Assembly: GCF_009914755.1 (NCBI RefSeq)
Contig: NC_060943.1
Length of the DNA: 64,000 nucleotides
Strand: one strand, 5' to 3'
From: the human T2T-CHM13v2.0 reference genome, Homo sapiens
Shown: positions 26,521-59,749 of the stretch, piece after piece
Layout: the number at the start of each line of letters is the position of its first letter
How positions within the stretch are numbered: position 1 is the stretch's first letter
Notes under the pieces: model-generated
The model's database searches: none
What the model was told of the DNA's origin: nothing
What the model saw: only the letters and a program-made list of their open reading frames with translations
Program-made: the position numbers and the translations under genes

Positions 26521-27005
26521 TTGGCACAGAACAGTGCCATCTTGGGCCCAGTGATGACTGCTCTGGTCCTGAATAACATGCATATTTCTCCCAGGACCAG
26601 TAAAAGTGAAACGAAGAAGTGAAATAAAAATACTCAAGAACTCACTGGGGCCCGCAGCCGGCTCCTGACCTCAGAGCCTCGGCCTTTCCTGGGGAGAGGC
26701 AAGGGGGCAGGACGGCAGCGCGGGCAGAGGAACCCAAGCGTGGCTATGTAAAGTGGCCGGCCCAGCACCTGCGACTGCCTGCCAGGGCAGGTGATGAAGC
26801 GTGCCCGGCCGGCCCCCACCCCAGGCAGCTGCAGCTGGCAAAAGGGAACAGCCACACCACATATAACCTGGCCTGAACTCCACCCAAAACCAGAGCTCGA
26901 GGCCTGGCCCGTGCCTGGAAAGCCAGTTTTGGCCCAATGACTCTGGGCAGGTCACTGTCCTTCTCTGGATCTCAGTCTCCCCACTGGCCACAGAAAAGTC
27001 TCAGC

Positions 27006-27725
27006 AGTGGCAGAGGCTCCTGCCTGACCATTCTGACCATCCCAGAATGGAAAGGGAAATCACCTCCCTCATTCTGGAGCCTATACCTCTAATAATATAA
27101 CCCATGGGCCTAGCAGCTTGCTGGGCAGCTATGTCACAGGCAATGGGCCCCTTCAGGTGTCCCTGAAGTCCTCATCCCTGCCCACCTTTCTTTAAGATCT
27201 GGTGGGGACTGGGGGTCAAGATGTCTTCTAGTTCATGCCACACAACCACTTGGCTCAGTTTGCTGCCAGGGAGGCACTGGACTGGCATCTCTTTCCTGAC
27301 GACATGCTCACTGCCAGCCGGGGCAGCCTAGTGTGTGGCTTAGTGAAAGTGGGTGCCTCCTTCAGAGTGGCTCAGTCCCCACCCTGCCCTGCTCTGCCAT
27401 CCAGCCACCTGGGACTGCTGACAGAGACCTAAGTCAGTCCTTCTCTAGGTTAAATGCCCTAAAGCCTCCAGGGCCTTCTCCCAGGACACCACTTAGAAGT
27501 GTGTATACACATACACACACACACACCATGGTGGTCTTCCCCAAACCTGCCACTATCCATCTATCCCCATTTTGAAGTGGCAGGGCCCCCTGCCTGACAG
27601 CATTGACCAGCCCAGAATGGAGAGGGAAATCACCTTCCCCATTCTGGAGTCTATACCTCCAGTAATGCAACCCATGGGCTCAGCGGCTTGCTGGACACCT
27701 ATGTCATAGGCAATGGGCCCGTTCA
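27006..27725. repeat. Direct duplication of a 150-bp CR1/L3-like segment (27006-27155 and 27576-27725)
   Basis: Ungapped alignment at offset 570 with 24 mismatches in 150 bp (84%). Core atcacctccctcattctggagcctatacctctaataat resembles L3/CR1. Confidence 0.85.
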
Positions 27726-27799
27726 CGTAACCATTCGTCAATTCCAAATATTGAGCCCCACAAGGGAGCTTTGATGAAGGTGGTGGGGATGGGGATGTC

Positions 27800-27952
27800 T
27801 TGTTTCTTTTTCTCTCTCTTTTCTTTTTTGGTAGAGATGGGATCTTGCTATGTACCCAGGCTGGACTTGAACTCCCCCTGGCCTCAAGCAATCCTCCTGC
27901 CTCGACCTCCCAAAATGCTAGGATTACAGGCATGAGCCACCAAGCCCAGCCG
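27800..27952 (-). mobile_element. Alu monomer (FLAM/AluJ-like)
   Basis: Reverse-complement left monomer. Confidence 0.85.
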
Positions 27953-29734
27953 GAGTGTCCTGTTTCTTGAGCTGGCTGCTGGTTACCTGGGCATAGTCCC
28001 TTTATGAGAAGTTACAGAACTGTGTACCTAGGATTTGGGTACTTTAATGTCTGTATGTTTTCCTTGAATAAAATATTTTAAAAGAAGAAAAGGAAAGAAA
28101 GCAGTTTGATGTCTCGGACTGAGAATGAAAGCTAAGTAGATAATAACTAGGTGAGGTTTGAGGGCATGGATGGATTCGGGAAGGGCACTGCAGGCAAGAG
28201 GCACGGCGCGGCTAAGGCCTGGTGTCCTGAGGCAGCCTTGGTGTTTGAGGGACCTGGCAGAGGCCCGTGTGGCTGGGTGGGGGCAGGGACCAGCCATGCA
28301 GACCCTCAAAAGCCACAGCAGGGTGCATGGATGTTACCCCGAGACAGGTGCCAAGCCGAGAAGTTTAAGTGGAGGCTGATGATTAAGTGGAATGGACATG
28401 TGGAAGGGCGGTTGAAGCCATGAGCAAGGGCATTTATGATTGAGTGGTAAAGGGTTGCTCAGCCCATCTGCCAGAGGGGAATACTGAGGCCCGGTGAATC
28501 CAGGCTGCTTGGCTACAAGTAGGAGGTGGAGGGGCAATGTGAGCCTGGCCCAGCTCGCCCAAGGGCCACTTTCTCCCAGCTGCACCCACTTGGAGAGTGG
28601 TCACAACCTCTGTGCCCAAGAATCAGCCAGATCTCCCAAGTTTGAGTCTCACTCTGAGCTCACTGGCCTCAGTGTCCTCACCTGTCAAACGGGGGCCTGG
28701 GAGGGTGAGTCTCATCTTCGACCCCTCTGCAGGCAGCCCAGCGACTCTTTACCACGGATTTCACTGCGATTCCAGCCAAGAGTGCCTGGGCAGTGGAGGG
28801 GGCATTTCATAACCCGAGCACTGCAGAGGTGGCTTTTCTGAGAAGCCCGGCCCCAAGGAGGAAACTCTCTGATCTTCGAATGCCGTGGGGGTGGGGGTGG
28901 CACCCTCAGCTTGCACCAGGAAAAACTCTGGGGGAAGGGGAGAAGGTAGGAGTTCTAAAAAGAAATAACTCAGTAATGCAAATTCAGCCGCATTGGGGGA
29001 AATGGAAGAAGTAAAAAGGCACTGATGAGAAGGGACTCGTGCCACACGCAGGGCAGGGGGTTCGGGGACACCATCTGGGCAGATCACCACCCAGGCACCC
29101 TTGCCACAGCTCCTGGCCTTACCTCGAGCCTTTATCCGGGCTGCACCTTGACCTGGGGTCTCCTTCCCCTAAACCTCCCCATAGGGAATCTTTCTCTTCT
29201 CTGACCCCTAAAGGCGACCTCATACCCTTTCACCAGTCACACCCAGTTACACTGTGTCCCCCAGCTCCTGGCCATCACTAAGCCACCTTCTGTCTCTACA
29301 GATTTGCCTGTTCCAGACACTTCAGGCCCCTCAGTATCACCCCCACTGTGGTCTTGTCTTCAACTGTGGTCTCTCCAGAGTCACCTTGGTTTTCTGCCTT
29401 TTGCTCGTCCATCCCCACCGCTACCCGTGGGAGGGCAGGACCCAGCTGGCTTTCTCCCTGCTTCTCCATCCATCCTACTTCTGACTCCCCAGCCTGGAGC
29501 CTGGCACCGAAAGGCGCTCAGTAAATATTTGCTGGCTGAATACACGGGGTCAGGCCCACCTTATCTTTAGCAGGGAGTGTTATCAGCTTGGCTCGGGACC
29601 AAACTCCAGCTCAGCTTGGGCCATCCCTCCTACAAGCCCCAGTTCTTCTCAGCTAAACAACAGGTCTGGGGGGTGACACTTCTCGCCAGGGGTCCCCAAA
29701 GATAACCCACAGCACATAGAAAGCCAGGCACACC

Positions 29735-30039
<305 letters not shown>

Positions 30040-30049
30040 GGCCAGGCAC

Positions 30050-30560
30050 ACCGGAGATACCCAGCCACTGTCATTTCCCCCAGGGGTGTCCCCTTGCTGA
30101 TCCCTGGATGGGGCTCTGTCTTCCTCCCCCACCAGGCAAAGAGAGGATAAAAGTGACCAGTGAGGCTCTGAAGGTGCTGGGTTCTCTCCCCCACCTCCAG
30201 CTCTTTCTAAGAAGCCAATGGTGATAACATTCCCCCAAAACAGGAACCAGCGAGGGGCACCCTGTGTTGCAGAAACCTCCCGCAGAAGCTGCCCACCCAG
30301 CCCCCGACCCCACGGCCGGCTTCAGGGCCCGCTGGGCACAGCCTGGAAAGATTTTTATGTAAAAGTGGTCGATGCAAATCCAGAAACCTGGGGACCATGA
30401 AAAGATCCACTTCCCCTTTAACCCACTCTGGCCTGAGTTGCTGCCACCTGGGCACGGCTGCTGGACATAGGCCTCCCTGACCCCCGCTCCCGTTTGCCAA
30501 GCCGGCTTCCAGCACCCACAGCGCTTAGGACTTGCTCTGCGCACCGGAGGCCCCAAATCC
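30050..30560. promoter_or_regulatory. Candidate lymphoid enhancer (octamer + PU.1/ETS)
   Basis: ATGCAAAT 30372-30379 and CACTTCCCCTTT 30408-30419 in a unique CpG-bearing island. Confidence 0.45.
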
Positions 30561-30657
30561 TGGTTGCTGGGCTAGAGGAACAGGGAGCAGGAACGGCTCA
30601 TGTAGACCCCCAAACCCCCTGCCCTGAAGCAGGAATGATCCCAGCAGCTAGATCTGA

Positions 30658-31920
<1,263 letters not shown>

Positions 31921-31999
31921 GTGGGCAAAATAACATTGAGTGAAATCTTTGTGATGGAGAAAAATAGGTCATGACATGGTAGGTGGGACCCGGAGGGTC

Positions 32000-32582
<583 letters not shown>

Positions 32583-33149
32583 AGGTTTGGGTTTTATTTC
32601 AAACCTGGGACAGGGCTCCGTTCTCCACCACTGCTCTAAAAATATTTATTGAAAGAAGAGGGACATACCACAGACTCAGCCCTACCTTTGGTGCTTCAGG
32701 CCTTCAAATGGAGACCCCAGGGTGCAAGGAATTCAGGTCTTTGCAGACCTTCCTGTGGAAGATGGAACAGTGTGAAACTGCATGGAACAGCATGGATGCA
32801 TTTGGGAACTGCGTGGAGGCTCTGTCTCCTGTAAGGCAGAACTGAGTTGGCCGCCCCAGGGACTGAGTCCCTGGCCACCTCCTGCCAGCCACAAAGACCG
32901 TGCTGCCCACGACGTGCTGTTGCTTCATGGTGACTTGACTGTGATACAAAGAGGCCACCAACCTGGACAGGGAAACCTGAGCTTTCTGCAAGCTCCCCAG
33001 TAACTCCAGGCCTGACAGGGGCTCACTTCAATACCCCCAGCCCCCGTCTATGAAATAAAGGGTGTTTAGGATCCATCTGGCAACGGACACCCACTCGCCC
33101 AGGCCAGACCTAGGGAGGGGCACAGGGACCAACGAGGCCTCAGTTTCCC

Positions 33150-33620
33150 TATCTGTGAAATGGACAGAAAAAGCCCCGCGGCGCATCATAACAACCCACC
33201 AGGTCTATTGTCCAGCCCTGGGGGCCCCCACATCCCTCTGAGCAGCTTTGGGGTCCCCAATTTCCTTCCCCCAAGCACACACGCACTGTCCTCTGCCCCT
33301 GACCGCAGCCGGGTCCTGATACTGTTTTGTTCTCACCCTGCTCTCCTGACCTGGTGCCACCAGTTTGGTGTCTTAAAAAACCACAACTTAGGGTGCTGTT
33401 ATCTGCTATCAGTGGCGGGACGCGGTGGTTTCGGGGCCCCTCCGTGCACTTCTCAGAAGAGCCAGCCATGTCATCGCAGGGTGCTTGGCACAAAGCAGCT
33501 TGTTTATCAGGCCCCCTCATCGCGATCCCTGCTGATAAGGGCCTTCAAGGCGCCCGACAACTTGTTTACGGGCCTTGTTTTCAGAGATTCTCCATTTGAT
33601 GTATCCCGGTCTTGCAGCCC
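33150..33620. promoter_or_regulatory. Candidate enhancer (FOX, GATA, RUNX)
   Basis: TGTTTAC 33563, TGTTTAT 33501, TTATCT ~33399, TGATAA ~33533, AACCACA 33379; CpG-enriched unique sequence. Confidence 0.5.
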
Positions 33621-33799
33621 AGGGGTCAGGGCATTGGGGAGGGGGGAAGCAGGGCTGGGTCGAGGGGCTTCTGGGAAGACTTCCTGGAGGAAGGGATGCT
33701 GGAAGGGAGCGAGGGAGGGTTAGTTGCAGAAGATGGGGTAGGCATTGCAGGTGGAAGAACCTGCATGGGCAGAGGTTTGGAGATAAGAACCTTGTGACA

Positions 33800-35300
<1,501 letters not shown>

Positions 35301-36069
35301 AAAAAACAAAACAGACAAAAGAAGATCAAGAAGGCCTTTTTCACTTTAGCACCGGGAAACCCAGGAGGCAGCTCTGAACCTCTGGATAGAAGGCATTTTG
35401 GGCAGCGGCTGAAGGAGGTAGGTACTGAGCTCCTTGTCACCTAAGCCATGACCAGGTGAGCTCCTGCTGGGAGCCGCAACCACCCAGCTGCTCCTCCGCT
35501 TCTCCCAGCAGGAAAGGTGCCAGGGGCTGCCCCTCAGATGTGGCAACAGGAGCTGGGCCCCCCACCCGCCCACACTGGGGTTTCTGCGCCTTTGCTACCT
35601 GTCTACCTGCTAAGCCACTTCCTCCGCCCACCCACCAGCCCGTCTGCCTGGCGCCTGGCTTCCCCGGCTCCCTCGTCCGCCTTGCCTGCATCCCCCTACC
35701 CACCTGGCTTCCTCGTGAGCTGCCCATGTAGGCAGGACTGGGAGAGGACCCTCCTCCAAAAGCCAGGATCGGAGCCCAGCTTAGCCATTGACTCTCTGGA
35801 GCTCCTTCAAGAAGTGAGCCTTAGTTTATCCGCCTGAGCAATGGGACTAAAAATATCAACCTCGCAGGATGGCTGCGAGGCTCAGGGCCTTTGCACTGTC
35901 CATCCCCCCCCCTGCTGGGGGCACCTTCTAGAATCTTCCTGGAGGTTGCCACTGGCCTCTCTCTCCTCCTGGGAAAAACCCTCCCTGACTCCCCCAGCTA
36001 AATGCACCAATGGGCCCTCTTTTCCCCTCGCCTCAATTCATTTTTTGCCCTGGAACCTCAGTACCTAGA

Positions 36070-39300
<3,231 letters not shown>

Positions 39301-39599
39301 TCAGTAGTTTTGAACCCTTATGGCTTTCAACTAACTAGGACCCAAGTTCAAATCTTGGCTTAACCACTGTGACCACTGGATCCTTTTCTTTCCCATCATG
39401 CATCTTGCTTTTCCTGGTAGCAACACCCAATTCTGCCTCTAGGAACCCACCTGTCTCAGCATGGCCAGCGGGGCTATCAATCCTAGAGGTTCACACTCAA
39501 TGGGCTGGGGGCAAATTTGGGGAACCAAGAGGTGACTCCCCTACCTAGGAAAATTCACAAGAACAAGGCAGGTCTAATTGAGATTCACATAGGGGGAGG

Positions 39600-43433
<3,834 letters not shown>

Positions 43434-44334
43434 TGATTCAGGCGATGGGATTATATGTCTTAAAATCTTCCCAGAGCAGGGACCCCAATGTGCAGGAGGA
43501 GCTAGAAATGACTCCCTTAAATCTCTTATCTGCAGAGCCCCGCTGGCCCCAGCCTCCATTCTGTCTCAGGGCTCCCTCACTGCCATGTCTTTTCCTTTTT
43601 TCTTTCAAAAAAACATCTGCAAGTAAGCCCAATGTCTGATCGGGCCAGGTGACACGGAGCCAGCAGGGCCAGGGATGGCTTAGACCCTTTTCTGAGCCAG
43701 AAGAGGGGACCATGTGAGGGCAGATGAGATGCATTCCCAGAGACTTCCTGGAGGAGATGGCCTCTGAGCCACATCCTAGAAATGAGCTGCACCTTAGTGC
43801 CATTTCAAGGGTTCTGGGGCTCCCGGAGAAGTCTCCAGGGGCCTTTTTCTGTCTCACCCAGTAGGACAGCCCAGGGGTTCACTGGTCCCCTGTCAGGGGC
43901 TCATCTGGACTTTCGCCATCAGATGTTAGTGGCAGTTTCCCCATGCGGTGGGGAAGCACATTCATGCCCCCATCATCAGGGAACAGACCACTCTGCCTTC
44001 TTTGAAGTTTACGATCTACAGGCAACTGGATTTGAATCTCTGATTTTATCCCTGCCTCTCTGGAGGCTGAACCACAGGCCTCTGTGTTCAGTCCCTGCCT
44101 GGGAGCTATTTTGGGATCTCAGGTCTGTAATTTTTGCTGCTCGGGGAAAGCCTTGGCAGGAATATGGGGGGCAGAGAACGGAGGGACAGATGGCTGGCTT
44201 CCCTCACCAAGCCTCAGTTTACCCATCTGCTAACGGGGGTGAGTAATTCACACCTCACGGGAGGGCGGTGAAAAATCTGTTCAATGCTGGGTATGAAATG
44301 ACATCCTGGAGACAGGCTCCATCAGGGTTTCTTT

Positions 44335-45792
<1,458 letters not shown>

Positions 45793-45829
45793 TCTGCTCC
45801 CTCCTCTACCTCCCATCAAAAATAGGCAA

Positions 45830-46040
45830 GTGAGATTGGTCAACTGGGGGGTAATTTTAACTGCTGACACCAGGCAATGTCTGGAGACATTTTTGGTTGT
45901 TGTAGAAAATCTGGGGAGGGGATGTTACTGGCATCTGGTGGGTGGAGGCCAGGGATGCTGCTCTGCAGCCTACTGGGCGCAGGATGGCCCCACAAAGAGA
46001 ATAATCCAGCCCCGAATGTCAGTGGTGCTGAGGATAGGAA
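45830..46040 (+). mobile_element. MER20 (hAT-Charlie); second fragment ~47662-47760
   Basis: ggcaatgtctggagacatttttggttgt...ctggcatctggtgggtggaggccagggatgctgct...atccagccccgaatgtcagtggtgctgagg. Confidence 0.85.
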
Positions 46041-46143
46041 GTTACAGCACCCAATACTGTATTTCCCATGTATCCAGATGACTCATGGTTGGTGACTTTG
46101 TAATTTGATTTGATGTGATTTGTATATGAGTCAATGTTACACG

Positions 46144-47650
<1,507 letters not shown>

Positions 47651-48159
47651 GTGAGTACTGCCCTGGTTCTCACAATGTCTGGGATATTTTTGGTTGTCAT
47701 GGATGGGTGCAGTGGGGAGGGAGGCATGTATCCCTACTGACATGTGGCTCAGAAATCTTGAACTAAGAGAAGCATCTTCCAAGGGTGGCCTCTCTGCAGT
47801 TGTGACATCTGAGCTGGGATCTGAACGTGCCACCCCGAGTAAAGTTTGCAGGCCCAGCGTGGGGGTTCAGTGGACACACACATGTGAGTCCAGAAAGACC
47901 CAGTGGGTCTGAGGAACAGTGACAATAGGCCCCTGGGCTGGGGCCGAGGGAAAGGAGTGACAGAAGGTGATGTCCCAGAGGCCATATCCTGAGGCCTCTC
48001 CCTCGATCCCGTGATGTTTCAGAAGGTCCCTCTGGCTGACGGGTGGAGAATGAGCTGTTGGGCCAGGGGAGAAAGTAGATGGCTCGGGTTGATTCCCCGG
48101 GCAAGATGAAGGTGGCTCGGCAGAGTTGGAGGGGGCTGGTGAAACGAGGAGGAATTGCA

Positions 48160-49150
<991 letters not shown>

Positions 49151-49518
49151 TCACAGAGCAACCCAAACAGGTTGGCACTTGGACCAAAAGTGTGTGAGAC
49201 CCAGACCGAGGGCCGGGTGGAACCCAGAATCACAGGGGATTTGCTAATAAGGCAAATCTGGGTGAGGACGCACCTGCTCCAGGAAGGGAGGTGGGGTTGC
49301 TCTAGCGACGATGAGCCTGGGGTCTAGGTGGCAGCAGCAGGCCAAGTGCCAGGCGCCCCAGGGATGGGGAAGGATTGATTGAATAAATGTTTAAAGGAAC
49401 GAATGAGTGGATGCACAGGTGGATGGGGAGGGGTTGTGCTGTAACCACCATGAAACAAACTCCACACTTTGATGAGCCACGTGGAGAGGGAGTGGGCAGA
49501 AAGAAGAAACTGGAAGTT

Positions 49519-50135
49519 GGGCCGGGTGCGGTGGCTTATGCCTGTAATCCCAGCACTTTGGGAGGCCGAGGCAGGTGGATCACCTGAGGTCAGGAGTTCC
49601 AGATCAGCCTGGCCAACATGGTGAAACCCTGTCTGTACTAAAAATAGGAAAATTAGTTGGGCATGGTGGCACATGGTGCAGGGCTGAGGCAGGAGGATCG
49701 CTTGAACCCCAGAGGTCAAGGCTGCAGTGAGCCGAGATCGTGCCATTGCACTGCAGCCTAGGCAAGAAGAGTGAAACTCTGTCTCAAAAAAAAAAAAAAA
49801 GAAAGAAAAGAAAAAAGAAATTAAAAAAAAAAAGAAAATATTACCTAGAGTAAAAGAAACCAGACATAAAAGGCCACATATTGTACAATCCTATCTATGT
49901 GAGATGCCCACAGAGGCAAATCCATAGGGCCAGAAAACAGATTGGTGTTTGCCAGGGACTGGGGGTGGAGAAATGGGAAGTGACTGGTAATGGGGACAGG
50001 GTATCCCTTTAAGGTGATGAAAATATTCTGGAACTAAGTAGAGGTGGCGGTTGCACAACACTGCATGTATAAAATGCCACTACTTTAAAAATGGTTAATT
50101 TCATGTGAATTGCACTTTAATAAAAATAAACAAGT
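49519..50135 (+). mobile_element. Alu 49519-49835 and L1MB 3' end 49836-50135
   Basis: Consensus motifs. Confidence 0.87.
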
Positions 50136-50149
50136 ATTTAAAAATCCAC

Positions 50150-50900
50150 CAATGCAAACACTTCTCTGTTCCTCTGTGGTGGAGGAAGGGACACGCGCTT
50201 TTTTTTCCGACCTTAGGAAGGAACAAGGGAGCCGGGGTCCCCTCCCAGCCTGGGAGCCCTGGGCACAGTCCCGGCTCATTTGTCAGAGCTATCGGAGCCG
50301 TCCTCGGGCTGGTGGGAGTTCAGGGCTCTGAAAGGTTTTCTGTCAAGGCTTGAAAGGGGGCCAGGTTTTTTTCCCCCCGGAGCCGCGCAGTCTCGGGGCT
50401 GTTGTTCTCAGCAATCGCAGGGCCTCGTGTTAGCAGGAAGCACAGCCAAGTAGGGTTTCCTGCGTGTTGGAGAGAGGAAGCTCCGTAATGTTCTGGGAGG
50501 CGATGGTTAAAAATAACTCCGGTATATAAAGACAGCGGAGGGTCCCCTTGTTCGCTCACTCGGGCGCCGGCCGGCTGGACGCAGGGCCGAGCAGGTGGTT
50601 TGGGGCCTCGGGAAGGCCAAACCCCCGCCTCTGGGCCCCTGGCTGGGGAAGACACCAGCCAAGTTCAGAGCCCCAAGTCGGCCTCACTTCCACAACTCAG
50701 CGTCAGGGACACCGTGGGCGTTTCTGTTTCAAAACGCTTTTCTCCAGCAAAGAACGTAACCTCAAGCTGCTGTCAGGGTAGAGGAATCCCTGCCCCCCGC
50801 CGCCACCCAGATAGGTTGGGCCGTGATTTTGGCTGTGCCTGGCAGTGACGATGTAGCGCACCCAGGCTGGGGGGCGCTGGCAGCCAGGGTTCAAATCCCG
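50150..50900 (+). promoter_or_regulatory. CpG-rich enhancer/promoter-like element with consensus MEF2 site and TATA box
   Basis: TTAAAAATAA 50507-50516 (YTAW4TAR), TATATAAA 50523-50530, CAGGAAG and GAGGAAG ETS cores, GC box CCCCGCC; longest CpG-rich unique stretch in the window. Confidence 0.68.
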
Positions 50901-51010
50901 GCTCTGCCACCTAACGCTGGGACTCAGTTTCTCCATCTGTAGAATGGAACTAACAATAGCTCCTATGCTGTTGTAAGCACTAAACACAGAAGTTAAGCTT
51001 TGGGAGTTAG

Positions 51011-52740
<1,730 letters not shown>

Positions 52741-52746
52741 CTTTGA

Positions 52747-52812
52747 TAGGTTGGTGCAAACGTAATTGCGGTTTTTGCCATGACTTTTAAGCAATTACGT
52801 TTGCACCAACCT
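52747..52812. mobile_element. MADE1 (Hsmar1-derived MITE) with internal deletion
   Basis: taggttggtgcaaacgtaattgcggtttttgccat...gcaattacgtttgcaccaacct. Confidence 0.92.
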
Positions 52813-52899
52813 TACACAAGGGCTTTCACCAAACTGAACAGGAAAGAAAGCTTCCCGACTGGCTTTATACCAGGGGCTGCTCCAGGCATGCTGGGGACT

Positions 52900-53500
52900 G
52901 TCCTAGGTGCCGATGGCTGGCTTCCTGCTGTTCACAGGGGCGCTGGGGCTCCCTGCCCCCCAAAACAAGATCCTGTTCCCTTCCAGGGAGGCGTGTTCTT
53001 CTGCCGTTAGGGCAGAGCCCCGGTGGGGCTCAGGGAAATGAAAGACATATTTGCTCTCCAGAAATCTGAGCCCGCAGTGCCAGCTCCCCTGAAGGGCGCC
53101 TTTGTACGCTGCTTGTTGCCACAATTAGCGCCGTCCCAGACTGCGGCCTGCAGATCGAGGCCGCCTTGGCTCCGAAGCCCCTTTCAGGAGTCATCAGCGT
53201 CCTCCATGGGCTCTGACGTGGGCTATTTTTAACTGGCCAAAGGGGAGTTGTTATGGGCCAGCAGCAGCGGGGGACTTGAGGGGAGAGAGGATGGCGGGTG
53301 TTGGAGAGGCCAAGGGCTGTGGCCGGTGGTTAGGGTCTCTGCGGGGAGCAGTGTCTGCAGCCCTGGGCCATGGGGTGTGGAGGCAGGGACCTCGGGCCTC
53401 GGTTTCCTCATCTGTCCAATGGTGGCTTTCACTTCATAGGGGGCTTTTGTTCCAAAGTCGCAGGAGCTGGAATTCCATCAACCAGTCCCAGGGTCCTGCC
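52900..53500. promoter_or_regulatory. Candidate enhancer with CRE-like site abutting a MEF2 site
   Basis: TGACGTGG 53214-53221 running into GGCTATTTTTAAC (CTATTTTTAA 53223-53232); CpG-enriched. Confidence 0.6.
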
Positions 53501-53505
53501 CTGCC

Positions 53506-54056
53506 TGCCTCTCTCCATCCTGTTCTCTGTCCCTCCCTCTCTCTGTGTGTCTCTCTGTGTGGGGGGGTCTCACTCTCTCTCTCTGGGTCTCTCTCTCTCT
53601 CTCTGAGTCTCTCTCTCCCTCTCTCTCTGTCTCTCTGGGTCTGTGACTCTTTTCTGTCTCTCTGTCTCTCTATGTGTTTCTCTCTCTGTCTCTGACTTTC
53701 TTCTTCTCTGTCTCTCTGGGTCTGTGACTCTTTTCTGTCTCTCTGTCTCTCTCTGTGTGTGTTTCTCTCTCTGTCTCTGACTTTCTTCTTCTCTGTCTCT
53801 CTGTGTGTCTCTGTATCTGTCTCTCTCATGTGAGTCTCTCCGGCATGAGTCTCTCCCCCTTCTCTCTCTGTGTCTGACTCTCTTCCCTCGTCTCTCTGTC
53901 TCTACCCCTCTTTCTCCATCTCTTGCTCTTTCTCTCTGTGTCTCCGTTTCTCTCTATATATCTCTCTCCCTCTCTTTCCTTGTCTCTGTCTCTCCCTCTC
54001 TGTCTCTCTTTATCTCCTCTATCTCTGACTCTCTCTCTGACCCTCCACGTCTCTCC
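53506..54056. repeat. CT-rich (TC/TCTG) low-complexity repeat
   Basis: Direct reading. Confidence 0.95.
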
Positions 54057-54540
54057 CAGGGTATACATTGTGTTTCCGCAGCTGTGCCTGGGCAGGGCGA
54101 GCACCCCATACCCCAAGAACAAGAAGGGTGGCCCTACGGCCTCCATTCCTTTCATGGGGAAAAGACTGCGGACTGAGTGGCTGCCCGTCCCACAGTCGAC
54201 CCTCCAACTCCAAGGCACGCTGTGTGTTCAGAGCCGCCCCTCGGTCTCCATGTCCCAGCAGGGAGACCCTGACTTCTGGTCTCATTCAAAGCTTTTAGAA
54301 GAAGGCTGTGCACTCTTTGCAACTAGATTTTCTTAATTAAATAAATAGATGTCCGGACCTCTCTGGGAAGGGACTTGGAGCTCCTGCCAAGCTGTCCTGG
54401 GTGACCATGAACTCCCAGGGGGTTGGTCTCAATAAAGAGCAGCCCACGGCCAATAGCACACCTGCTGATGCTCTGGGGACATCCCTGTGCTAAGGGAAGG
54501 CACTGCCCCTACCCCACCTTACGGAGGAACGCAGGCTTAG

Positions 54541-56360
<1,820 letters not shown>

Positions 56361-56618
56361 TGATTTTGGCCCTGGCAGAATTAAGGCTGAATTATCCACA
56401 CTCCCTCGGACGCACCTGCTGTCCACAGCTCCCCCAACTCCCTGATGGCGGCCCCCAGGAACAATCCTCAAACTGCACCAGCTCTTTCAGCTCTCACCTT
56501 CCTTATCTGTACATCAGCCGTGGTGACAATGTAAGGAGATGATGTCAGAAAAGGCCCCAGCTGTGGCCTGGCAGCTCAAATGAAAATCATTGTTCCCCTA
56601 CCCCACCCCCAACCCAGG

Positions 56619-59670
<3,052 letters not shown>

Positions 59671-59749
59671 AGCTGGCCATTTTGGACTCAAGACCTTCAC
59701 ATTTATTCCTGAGGAAAGGGAAAAAAAAAAAAAAAAGAAGGAAAACTCC

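Noticed and set aside
32636-32645. CTAAAAATAT near-MEF2 site; also A/T-rich consensus matches at ~7682 and ~44830
   Set aside because: The first is mismatched and the others lie in A/T-rich repeat sequence where chance matches are expected.
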